Below, in pieces: positions 1-11,958 of a stretch of 64,000 bases of DNA. Each line of letters opens with the position of its first letter. Positions within the stretch are counted from its first letter, which is position 1. The stretch covers positions 3,083,695 to 3,147,694 of the forward strand of contig NMRA01000001.1 of the NCBI GenBank assembly GCA_002633005.1. The letters run 5' to 3'. The translations under genes and the position numbers were made by a program. Under the pieces are notes generated by a model that had not been told where the DNA came from, did not search any database, and saw nothing but the letters and a program-made list of their open reading frames with translations. The DNA is from Phoronis australis. Taxonomy: Eukaryota > Animalia > Phoronida.

Positions 1-2681
1 GCATGATCACAAGAATTTCAATTAAGCCTTTGCAAAATCTAAACGGATCAATTTCGGTAAATGTTTGCGTCATAAATAAGTGACATTTTCCCGCGAGTTT
101 CTTCAACTATATACACTTTCACTGAGGGAATCCAGCATACTCCAATGTCCAAACACTAACGAGAATACTATACATCTAGCCTCTACAGCAATGTAGTGCA
201 GTAGAAATTGTATTGACTCATCCAACACTAATTGCAACATGAAGATTGTAATTATTTATTGGATTGCGATTAAGTCTCGTAAGTAATTACACTGTAGGTA
301 GACCATTCTAAAATTGTGACAACTCTTAAATGTCTGCCTGACAGGTGTGCTGTTACTTTTCTTCTTTGCTTGCACCATGAGCAAGAGGCAAATGAATTTG
401 ACTAATTGACTGAAGTCAGTCAAGAGCTAGGATTCAAACATTTGTGTGGAAGCGAAATTAACACAATTAAGACCACTGTTGACTGCACTCGTCAATATGA
501 AATATGCAAAATAATGAAGAAAACAACATGAAACGTTGACCTTTGCTCGTAAGATATTTTTAACGGCTAACTTAAATGACAAACTCATGGTTTCCATGAG
601 TGGTGAAAACTCGGGAAGTTTTTCAGGGGCGAAAACGCCAAAATTTAAACTGGATTGTGGCAATTTTTGCTCGCCGGGCTATTATCAGTAGTTTGTTTCC
701 TCAGCACCTGAATCACCACTATAATTGGTTAATTCGACGATAAGCAAAAGCCTCTGCCTTAAGTGCATGCCCGTCCTATGAAAAAAGCGGTCCAACTACA
801 TGAGTGCTTGGCAAAATGACAGCACTTGTGAAATAACTGAAACCGCCAGGAAAACGCCACTTGTATTTACTGGCATTTTCAACATCAGAAAATGATATCC
901 CTTCAACCAGCTAATACAGTTTACCAGTTATTGTCATGAAATTTTAAAAAATGAACACTCCCCATGAAACTAATGCATAATGACAAGATCAGATGTCATG
1001 ATTTATTGAAATATTTCTGGATGCTGGCATTTTATTCTCACCTGCCTGTCATCATCTACCTTCACTTTATCACATGAAAACTGACCTAATTCATATTTAA
1101 TATGTTTGCATTATCAGAACTTGGCATTTGGATAAATATCAGTCCTTTCCAGTCTTACTCTCAGACAAAACAAAAACGATGAATATAGACTACACGCAAC
1201 ACCATGTGACTAATCTAATAACGAGCACCCAGCACTGGCACAGTAACTTGACCCATGTTAAGTTTACATCTTCTTGCTCTGGGATGAGTTCCCAAAATGC
1301 AAAATCTTGCCAGTAAAGCTAGTGTGGTCAAGTGCTTTGTTTGTTGCAATGCCTGGAAATATCTCGCTAAGTCTCGCGTGGTCTTGGCATTTATTCTTTG
1401 TTCTTGATTCTACTGAACAATGCCCTGCTCTACTTAAAAGGATATTAAACCCTGTTTTGGTCTATGAACAGATACTGGAAACACCTTTGCCATCCAGTTC
1501 TCTTAATAAACCGAATAAAGCTTTGCAAACCTCGACAACCCTCAAAAGTTTGGAGCATATTTTGTAAACTCCTAAAAGTGTGCTAAACAATTGCAAGCGT
1601 GACCTAAGCTCTGGACGAATTACACATTAAACTGTAGAGAAGACAACCTATCAAGAACCATAATGTTGAATTTGTGACTAAGAGTCTATAAACTTTTACT
1701 CGAATTCTTCTTTCATCACTCATGTGGTACGCCAGTGATGCAATAACAGGTGGCAGAATAAGGATTGGTTGAAATCACCAAAACAGGGTTTAGTATCCTT
1801 TTAATATCATCAGCTTAGTATAATGAAGGTTACCAATATGTTGCCAAGTTGGAACCCGCTTAATGGAATATATCCTGCTCATTATAGCAGTTCACGTTGA
1901 ACCAGAGCGCGTGGCACTTAGCAGGCTCCACTGTACTGCGAGAGCCCCTTTCACAGCACCATCTGTGGAGGACGATGAACACCAAGAATCGGCAGGAAAT
2001 ACCAAACTAGGCTTTTTGACGCTTTGCAGCTACAGGCCACAAAGGCATTTATCAACAGATGGAGTAGTATACTACGGTCACATTTCAACGATTTCGAACA
2101 AACATTATTGCCAACAAATTTTAAAGGCTTCTAACAAGGTTGTAAATTCCTACAATTTCTCCGAATCGCAAAATTGTTGATGGTAGTTATGGTATAGATC
2201 TTTAAAAATGATGAAATAGCATTTAATTGGTGCCATTTATCATTTATGAAAAAATGAAAAATTTAATTTCACCAGAGCCATGTTGTGCTCTAAAATGGTG
2301 ACATTTTATTGTATGCATTTCTCAGCATCCATTCAATCCGAATGTAGAAAAGTAATTTTCACAACCAACCAGAATGTCCCAATGTTAACACTCTGTTCAC
2401 ATATTACCACTAAACCTAGCAACAATTTGTTCCACGAGTAACTTGTTCCAGGACAACTCGTAGTGTGGATGGCACAAATGAGAAGCAATGTTACATCCTC
2501 CTTTCCAAGTGCTACCCCTCGTATCACCTGGAAGTTCTTAGTACTTGAGGATGCATGACACGGTATCTACTTCCTTCCATTGCTTGCAGCAGTTCCATTG
2601 TGCAACCTTTATTTTTTTCTCAAGAACATCTTTATGAACAACACTGTATCCCAGCAATTAAAAAAATTATTTTGATAATTC

Positions 2682-2705
2682 ATTATTATTATTATTATTA
2701 TTATT
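2682..2705. repeat. (TTA)n microsatellite
   Basis: About 8 consecutive ATT units. Confidence 0.9.
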
Positions 2706-2884
2706 GCTATTATGGTTATAATGGTTGTAATTGTTAAAATGATTATTAAATATGAACACAACCCCAGAAATCACTTTTGCATTATATCCAGATTCTCATT
2801 CACTCCCTGGCATATATTCGATAGTATGACCGAGCTCACAGGGGTAGGAGACTACTTTGTGCAATGTTTGGTTGTCTGTCTCGC

Positions 2885-2958
2885 AGTAAAGCTAGGATTC
2901 GAACCTGGGTCTCTCAAATGGGAGTTCGGAGCTCAAACCACTGAGCCACACTGAGTCT
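2885..2958 (-). mobile_element. tRNA-derived SINE head or tRNA pseudogene
   Basis: The - strand has A box TGGCTCAGTGG and B box GGTTCGAATCC at tRNA-like spacing, but acceptor and anticodon stems pair poorly. Confidence 0.6.
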
Positions 2959-4837
2959 GACAAAGAGTACTGAATTGCCAGAACTCTTGTATGAGTAAAT
3001 TGAATGTTTTCCAACCAATTGGTAACTTCAAAATAAGTTATTTCAGACCAACTTAACAATTAACCTTATGTTAAAACACAGAATTTGTATTTGCGATTAA
3101 CCTAATCCCATATCACAATTACTAACATACCAGGGTATCCCAATTTCACAAAGGCTACTTTTCTTCAAAATTCAGTTTTGCAACAACCTACTTCATTTTT
3201 ACAGCTGTTTGAACACTGTAACACCGACTAATGGGCAAGCTTATTACAACAAGAAATTCAGCTCACATCCATTGGGAACCTAATTAATATTAGGTAAACA
3301 TGTTCATCTCTCCCATCAGAATAGAACCAAGTATACACAATAGACTAAATCAATAACATAAATTCACACACCCAATTTATTTTGTTAGCTTCTGACTTCA
3401 CCATTATGTACAACTATTGACAATAGCAGAAATTACATGTGAACTGCATACCATACAAGATCTGTGTATAAAGAAAGAAACCAAAAAGTGGGAACTAAAC
3501 TGACAAAACCTGCATCTAAAAATCCATGTGAGGGTTTAAGGGATTAACCCAATCGGATCCTATGCATTTCAGCAAGGATTGCTTGTAGGCTCATCTAAAA
3601 TCCACATTGAGAGCAATGACTATTCTAGCTCAATTTTTATTACAGCACACACACAAAACACCTTCAAGTAAATGTACCTAAGCACCAGATTTTTATTTGA
3701 AACTGGCAGAGAACCCGAGGGGTATAGGGGATATGTAAGCCCCTGGGCAGTCACTTTTACATAACTGTAATGAAGAAATCTCGACCACTCCAAGCTTGCC
3801 TCCTCGGACCTTCCCTCACGAACAAAATCACCCCACTACGACATGCAGGCGAGTTAAGAAAGTGCTTATCCGATTACCTTTGGTAGCCAATGAAAATTAG
3901 TCTAAATGCATCACTTAACAACGACACATCTTTCCCTGGCATAACTTAACAATATTTACTACATTTACAGAGTTTAACACGTATGTAGTTTACGTGTAAG
4001 TGAGCATTTTACCTCACTGTGTGTGGTTATAACAATGATGTGAGGTAAATTTCACTTGAGGCAGATATTTCACCTCTTGCAAAGCTTTCTCACGTGACCT
4101 GGAATGTGTTACGACTGGTTAATAACACCGAATACGTAATTTTTTGATATTACATTGGCGAATCACAAAGTAGTGCAAAGTAGAAATCTATACGCCTTAT
4201 ATTTTATCGTCTGCAAAACACTAAAACAACCAAATGCGCCAACCACACAATGCTGGAATTCCGTGAAGGTGACAAGGTTATGATTGACAAATCAGTTGTT
4301 GCAACTGTAAGTATTCCCAGTTGAAAAGACATGCAAACAACTTCTTAAACGGACCCATATCCACGTTCATTCAAACGGAGACGAGCCTTAACTCAAGAAA
4401 CGCGGCAAGACAGTCTAGCTTTGATGTCTCAAGGTCAATTTAGTACTCACGAGCAGGGAAGCCTTGCTGACTGTTATTTGTAAACATTTGTTAAGTTTTA
4501 ATATTACAACTTCAAAGACTATTTATTAGATTCTAACTTGAATTTTTGTTACGAAAGTTGAACGCAAATTTACAACTGTTCAGTTCAAAATACAACTAAT
4601 AAAAAGTAACTGAGTTTACTTTGCATTACACAAGCGTGTTTTTACAAAAGTGGCGTCATGTGGTTGAAAGTTTTAGATATGTTGAGTTTTTCGTCAAAAA
4701 AGATTGTTTTATGGTTCATGATGTGAGAAAACAAATTTCGTCAAAATCCCTCAGCAAGCCTCGGAATTTTGACAAAAGTTCCAAGAGGTATTGCCCATGT
4801 CATAAACCTGAGATTCGTATAGGATTCCCTATTTTTA

Positions 4838-5333
4838 GGCCTTTTCATACTGACTTAACTCCGGTCTAAGTGGAGTGTCGACGTTAACTGCGAAGTTAAT
4901 TAAACCGTTCATACTGGTTTTGGAAGTTAACGAACATCGAAGTGAATGGCAGGTGACACTATTGTCATAGAAGTAATCGTAAAGTAGCGCTGCACACTAA
5001 GATTTATTTAATGTGACAATTTGGGAACATTTACATGTGATAACTGACATAAAGCTTATTTTCAATTCGACTGGTGATTATTCGAGCAAAATATAAGCAA
5101 ATAGAACCAATGACACTACCCATTAATTGTTGACGATAACAGTGGCACCTGGCGATAACTTCGATGGAACCGAAGTTGACCATTCATACTGCACCACAGC
5201 ATGGGCGCTCTGCTGTTAAATCCACCTGTTTAGTGCGAAGTCAACTGGCATTGTCAACTTCGATCCAGGACCGAAGTTAAGCGTCCATACTGACCGCAAC
5301 TCCCCAAAACATCGACGTGTCGACGTTAGGCCC
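4838..5333 (+). mobile_element. MITE, Harbinger/Tourist-like, copy 1
   Basis: Aligns by eye with 11669-11958 (CTTAACTCCGGTCT..., ATTATTCGAGCAAA, GACGTGTCGAC). Its left end GGCCTTTTCATACT is the inverted counterpart of the copy 2 right end AGTATGAAAGGGCC. Confidence 0.65.
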
Positions 5334-6514
5334 TTATGTCTGCACTAAGCCTAATATACAAAGATTTTAGACAGGAGACCGACAGTTGTTGTCGAAAACA
5401 AATTTTGTATACTAGGGCAAATTCCGTAGTCGTAAGATGCCTCTATAGCTAATGCACTAAGATGCATTGCTTGTAATGATAACTGGAGTACACATGCACA
5501 ATCTTGCATGTTTAGCAATAAACTTCCTCTGCAGAACACAGCCTATGTTATCCAGGCAATGCTGAACTAAACTGACCCCTATACAAACATGAATGATTAA
5601 TGAGAGCTAAAGCAGCATGATGCCACCACTAGCTCTGTAGGTGGTGCATACTTAGTCTAGATTAACAGCATGTCCTAGGCAGTGCTATTCTACATCCTCT
5701 TTCATAAAAGAGGGAATGTCTGGGGTGACAGCTAAGATGATATCTTGGAAGTCTGGCAAACAATTTACAAAGGTTATGTAGCGGACCAGCTGTGTATTAA
5801 GCAAAATATCTGCAAAACTACAAATTTACTCTGATTTTCTGAAAATAATAAGACACCAAACTTAGATTTGTAACTTAGGGCTACACTGAACCTCAGAATA
5901 GTGATTTATAGCCATTTCCCAATCCTGACATGTAAAAAATCAGCTGAAAAATGTAGAAAGAAAATTATTGCAGTGTGCAAGGAAGATGGATGCAAGGACA
6001 CAAAGACAATGATGCCTACATTCCCCTTCCCAATTGGTGAAAGCCCGCCCTCATCACTTAGCTTCACTTACAGCAAAGTTAGTTTTTTAAAGCCATACCT
6101 CCGTAGTACGGTTATAGCTCTCAACCACTTAGGACAGAGTATCGTAAAAGGTAAAAATTTATTAATTGTTTACTTTTTCATAAAAGATAAACAACACCAA
6201 ATACATGCCATGTCATTTTATAAAGGTCTATACCCTAGTTACCATCTGACAATGTTTCTGAACAACAGTGTGCATTCACAACAGTGTTCAAAGTCTTTGA
6301 AAAATGAAAAAATACAAATTTTGCCAATCGTTTTTCTCTGGTAAGATTTTACTGTAGTTTCTTGAACAAAGCAACTTGGCAAAAACATCCCTCTCATGAT
6401 TAAGAACAGATCTCCCAAAGGCAAGTGGTGTGGTTTTGAGTAATGTTTACCCCCTGGTCGACTGGAGTGCAGTCCCAAAGTACAGCTAATTGTACCCCTA
6501 TGGTCGCACAGGGT

Positions 6515-6645
6515 CATGGACGACGCAGCACTGAAAAAAGCCCCCTCAGCCCCCCATGGTTCACCGCCTATAAACCATGTGCGGCCTAACACTCGAAAAA
6601 GTGGAGGGCTATAGCAACCCAGCCCCCTATGGTGCGCCGCCCATG
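6515..6645. mobile_element. 131-bp MITE with CATGG termini and 5-bp TSD (AGGGT)
   Basis: Imperfect TIRs CATGGACGACGCAGC / GGTGCGCCGCCCATG; AGGGT flanks both ends directly (6510-6514, 6646-6650). Confidence 0.6.
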
Positions 6646-7429
6646 AGGGTACAGCCAAACTGTCATTGCATGACTGGTAAAGCTGTGAAAAAATCCCAAA
6701 GCCCTTGGGCTCATATCAGTACAAATACATCACGCATCGCTTCTCATTAAAAAAGACCAGAACCATTGTGCTTTTTGGGTCAACAAGAAAATTTCTTTTG
6801 ATGGCATTGAATAAACAAGACACAAGACTGCCAGGTGCATTCCAGTCACAAAAAGCGGCTTTGTGTGTCACAAGCTTCCACGACTAACCAACCATGCAGA
6901 ATTTCTTTTGAAAGTTTAAAGACTTCTATCTATTCCTGAACTGAAATATACAACCAGCTTGAGTAACACACTTTAACACTGATGACTATCTCGTGTCATT
7001 GAGGTGCAACATTTTTTATCTAAAAGCATTCTTAACCTAGTGTCAAATGAAAAATGCAACCCCCTTGAGATTATGTAGGACCTTGTCGCCGAATCTGTGC
7101 AGTTTGCAATTGAATCTACAAAAGAATATACCGGTAATTTAAACTAAACAGAAAGAAAGACTAGAATTTGATTTTTTCTTAATACCAGTCCCTAATCATT
7201 TAGCACAAAAAGATAAATTTGATAGCAACACAAGGGTACTTATTAATAACATTAACTAAATTATGTTTAATATGAACACTAAAGATGAAATATTAAAAAA
7301 ATGTAGCTACAGCCCATGGGGCTGTTATTCTTTCGATTTTGCTTGATGCAATTCTTGAATACCTTCATATCAAGAGCAACGGGGAGCGTTGAAATGTGCC
7401 CACAACAGCACCACAAACGGTGTGCTTCT

Positions 7430-8820
7430 AGGGGTGTTTATTTGTATCATAAAATCTGGCCATGGGAAGGTGTCGTGATTTCTTAATACTATATCCAAAT
7501 TTCATGAAAATCTGTCAAAGAACTCTTAAGATACAAAGGCAAACGTAAAAAACAAACTGCCATTAGGAACAACAGTTGAATCCATCCATCTACTGTCAAG
7601 TTAATAGGAATATGAAAATTTCAAAAACATCGTGCAACACGTTTAAGAGATCGATACAACTGTAGGTGCGAAAAATGTAGCAAGGGGCACCACAGTAGTT
7701 GGACCCATTTGAAAATCCATTAAGTCGTGCTCTTGTCAGTAGAAACACATCTGCCAATTTTCATAATAATCATCAGCGTGGTTTGGCAGAAACAAAAGCA
7801 GACGTCAAAAACAGACTAAAAATAATTAAAATGGCCACTGGTTGGTGCAGAATACGTGAAATCCATCAAAAAAAAGGAAAGGTGCTGACGTCTTCATAAT
7901 AGAAAATTGTTTGCTCAATTTCATAAACAGCATCAAGTTATAGAGGGAAACATAAAACATAAAATTGCCACTAGGGAGCACAGCTGTAGTTGGATTGGTC
8001 TGAAACTCATCCGTCATCTGTTGCCTTCTCCATAGGAACACATCTGCTAAATTTCAAAAAAATCTTGAAAAGGATAAAGGAGACACTGATGTGGATGCAA
8101 AAAATAAAATTGCCACTAGGGAATGGCAGAGTACTTGAACACATCCAAAGATGAACATCAGTTTCGGTCTTCTCATCACAGCTCCAAATTTCAATAATGA
8201 TCCTTCATGCGGTTTGATGGGTGGAGAATGTGACGTGAAAAGCATACTCAAAAATTTTCAAAATGGCCACCGAGTGAGAAGGCGACGCGAACCTTCAACT
8301 CTTTAATAAAACTTCTCTATTGGACAAACGAAAAAATCCACCAGGGGGCACAACAGTACTTGGATGCACCCAAATGTAGCCGTTGTCTTTTGTCAACTTC
8401 ATTATGCTTGCAAAATTTAATAAAGATCCTACAGAAGGTTTGGGAGATACAATGCAAAAAATGCCACTAGGAAGCACTACAGTAGTCCAAATCATCCACA
8501 AATCATCATCAGCTGTCCTGTTCACAGTATAAACACGAGCACTAATTTTCAAATAACTGTGGAACACAGTTTGAAACGTACGGACTTCTAATCCACGGTC
8601 TACGAGTAAGTTGATTTTACTTACAAACACCTCCTCAGAGTGGTTTAGTTAATAAAGGGTACTTACAAACACATCCTTAGAGTGGTTTAGTTAATAAAGG
8701 GACAGGCACAAAAAACAGACTAGAAAATAACAAAAATGGCCACTAGATGACGCAAAATGCGTCAAATCCATTCAAAAACGAGAGACTAGTGTCATCTCAC
8801 CAATGAAAGTTCTAAAATTA
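7430..8820 (-). mobile_element. Degenerate Helentron/DINE-like element with ~150-bp internal tandem units
   Basis: Recurrent AAAAT(T/G)GCCACTAG and AAATTTCA blocks, reverse-complementary to the units at 40859-41560. Confidence 0.65.
8619..8702. repeat. Tandem duplication, 2 x 42 bp
   Basis: ACTTACAAACAC.TCCT.AGAGTGGTTTAGTTAATAAAGGG occurs twice. Confidence 0.85.
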
Positions 8821-11139
8821 ATCAAAATTAATATTGGCAGACAGAAACATTATACATAATCAATTAGAAGCAGAAGGAAGATGTTATATAACAATGCAAG
8901 TTCATTACAGAAAATGTATTGATTGTTTATGACCTACATTGAACTTGATTTATAAACAAGAGTGAGGATTACTCAGGTGCCCACTGACCCAATATGTCAA
9001 TACTTGAAGACCAAACTGTCCTCTGTCAAACCCCAACACTGAAATGATTACTTGGCAATAAATACCTTGGTCACAAACAATCATTTCACAAAGCCCTAGG
9101 CTGACAGCAGTGCTATATTACTTCCTGTTATTTGGCTTATTCTCCATTCCAGAAACTGAGTAATGAATACTGAGAAGTATCCCCTTGAGGAGCCTGACTA
9201 TAAATTTGAATTGTCATCCTAGTTTCAGAATCTAAACTGAAAACTGGTAAAACTATGAACAAAGTATCAAATCACTCGTGCACTGAGCCCTTGATCAGTT
9301 TTAGAAATGGACGCCATCATTGTAAGGTGTATATCACAAACATACAACATCACAATAATTATGTATCACAGTCGATTTACTGAGGTCAACAAAATCCAGA
9401 AAAATTTTTAAAATAACACATTTTTTATAACAAATAATATCATCATTATTACTGTGATTTGAGAGCTCATGAAGCACACAGGCAACGTACTGAAGAACAG
9501 GAGAGCCTAGCAAGCCCGCCATTAACTAACGAAATAATTTCTCGCATTCACATCTGACCTGCAATGCTAAGCCCACATGATCCAGGCCTCATATATTGGA
9601 TCAAAAGAAACTGTACATGACACTCTCTTGGTGTATAATGCTGCACTAGTCTTGAGAAATGGCAACTCACATTTGAAATTCATGGAAATGTAAGATGGTA
9701 TTGTACTAATGAATCCCTTCTATTGGTATTCATGTTGATCTACTCTACAAGGCCAGACTGGTTAGGATTTGTCTGCAATCCATAGCTGTTTTTACATGGG
9801 GAAACAGTTGTCACAGTGCGAGTTGTCATGGTGCGACTTGCTGTTCTATAGTCACCTTTAAATGGCATAAAATTGCAAACTGGATCAGCACGAGTCATTT
9901 ACAAAAATATTGCTTGTGCATGCTCGCATTAACAATAGTGAACGTCCAAACTTTGTGGAATTCCAGCAGAACACCCGTATGTATGCCATTGCGCAAGTGC
10001 ATTGAAATATGATCAATTTCCACCCTGTCCCAGTTGTGTTTAGACAATGTAATTGGCACTGGAGCAACTGATCAAGAGTAACTCGCTCTACCAATCAAAC
10101 GGCTATCAAAAATGGCCACCGCGATGTCAGGTAAGTCCGTGTCAGTTGTGTTTACACACACACTCGCACCCGATCAGCTGTTCTATGTTAGTTGCTCTGT
10201 GACAGCCGTCTCTCGTGTAAATGCGACTCATGTCCTGTGACGACTGTATTGAAGACATTGTAATCTTTGAAATTCATGTGTCCCAACTGTATACTACCTT
10301 GGTCAGACAGCTCTCTGTCTCTGATACAGAAATACTGACACACTGAGACACCCAGGGATGTACAGTGTGCCAATTTAGTGAATGTGTCAAATGTCTGAAC
10401 AAAATGTTCAACATTATTAGTTGTGACAAAACCACTATCATAAAATCTTGCCAACTCACGAACAATATGAGGGACAAGTATAATTTTGTAAAATTTCTAC
10501 TGTTTTACAAAAGGTATCTAGCTCACTCAACACATTGATACACTGACATTTTTAAGTTCTGTGCCATAAATACCAACTTAAAATATTTCCAGACATTGTG
10601 CGTCATCGACAAGATTGGACGCCTATGAGATATCATGGGAAAAGGGTAACTTATCAAATGCTTATTTTTCTGAAATTAGTGAGATTTTATTTAGCATAAT
10701 ACTGCTGATTATTTGCGATGTTCATGGTAAGAGTAAAACACTAGCTTTGGCTCACGATTAGTTTTGCATGAAATATTTGAAGAAATAACCAGGCATTTCC
10801 TTAATAATGGATTTTTGTTATCCATTTCATACTAATCTTGCTTTCGTATCAGTCACGTGACGTGCACAGACTATGTGTATAACAATGAACTGTGACCTAC
10901 TTTTATGTAGGTCAAAATGACAGCAACAGTTGATCCCAACTCTTGGATGTGAACGATACTTAATGATAATTAAGTTAGTTACACACTGCAAATTCAGTTG
11001 ACATTGTGAGTGAATGTTGAAATAGCTAACATGGTTAAGGCATGTATAGGTTATGTTGACCGAAAACAAGTTTTCACTGAATAATTAACCAAAGACTGAG
11101 ATTTTCACTTGTCCCAGTTTAATCGTCTTTTTCTCGGCT

Positions 11140-11480
11140 TCTGCAAATCGACTTGATTTGAACTTAGGAACAAAAGTCCTCGAAAACGGCTCGGTGGACT
11201 TTGCTGAAACTTTCCAAACTTAATATTTTTAGTATTCGTCAATCTCAAAAACGCTGTTAGGATTTTCAATATAAAGACCAAGTTTTTGCATAATGTAACA
11301 AAGACGAATACAACTTCTATATTTTACAAAAATACCTTACGATATGTGTGTTGATTTTTCATAGAAACCAAATGAAAAGAATAATCGAAAATTCCTAACA
11401 GTGTTTTTGAGGTAAATGGTGAAGTTTTCATTTAGAAAAGGTTTCATTAAAATCGAGGGATTATTTTGCTATGAATGTAC
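11140..11480. repeat. Palindromic dispersed repeat (related fragments near 14000-14300, 27280-27620, 62000-62300)
   Basis: Inverted arms CTCAAAAACGCTGTTAGGATTTTC / GAAAATTCCTAACAGTGTTTTTGAG; the CTCAAAAAC(G/A)CTGTT core recurs at ~14077, ~27398 and (reverse) ~62211. Confidence 0.55.
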
Positions 11481-11668
11481 CTTTCTTAAAAATGACATTT
11501 TGACATAAAAAGGTGTTAACGTAATAATAATAATAATGATAATACAAAACATGTTTTTATATTCCCTGGTCTTTTTTCTTTCAGAAAATATAACTTTTAC
11601 TAGTTCACAAAGCTTATTTTTTGATAAAAGAATTAGAATGGAGGCCACTGAATAAGGTTTGAGATAAC

Positions 11669-11958
11669 CTTAACTCCGGTCTGAGCGGAGCGTCAATGTA
11701 AACTGTAAAGTTAATTGAACGATTCATACCGACTACGGTACTTAACGGACATCAAACTAAACTGTAGGTGACGCTGTTGTTATCGAAGTAATCGCTAAGT
11801 GGTGCTGAAGCAGCGGGTGCATGGTAAGATTTTTTAATGTGGCAATTTGGGAAAATTTCCATGTGCTAATTGACATAAAATTTATTTTTAATTCGAATGG
11901 TCATTATTCGAGCAAACTCCACAAAACATTGACGTGTCGACATTAGTATGAAAGGGCC
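11669..11958 (+). mobile_element. MITE, Harbinger/Tourist-like, copy 2 (5'-truncated, internally deleted)
   Basis: Colinear similarity to 4838-5333; ends AGTATGAAAGGGCC followed by TTA. Confidence 0.65.

Noticed and set aside
2885-2958. Functional tRNA gene
   Set aside because: A and B boxes are present but the cloverleaf stems do not pair; treated as a SINE head or pseudogene.
5901-6658. 147-aa and 139-aa ORFs as genes
   Set aside because: Non-ATG starts, no recognisable domain, and partial overlap with a MITE.
10188-10477. Minus-strand ORFs as DDHD1 exon 3
   Set aside because: No similarity to the expected VDWHSVDEVYLYSDA-like segment and no fitting splice sites.
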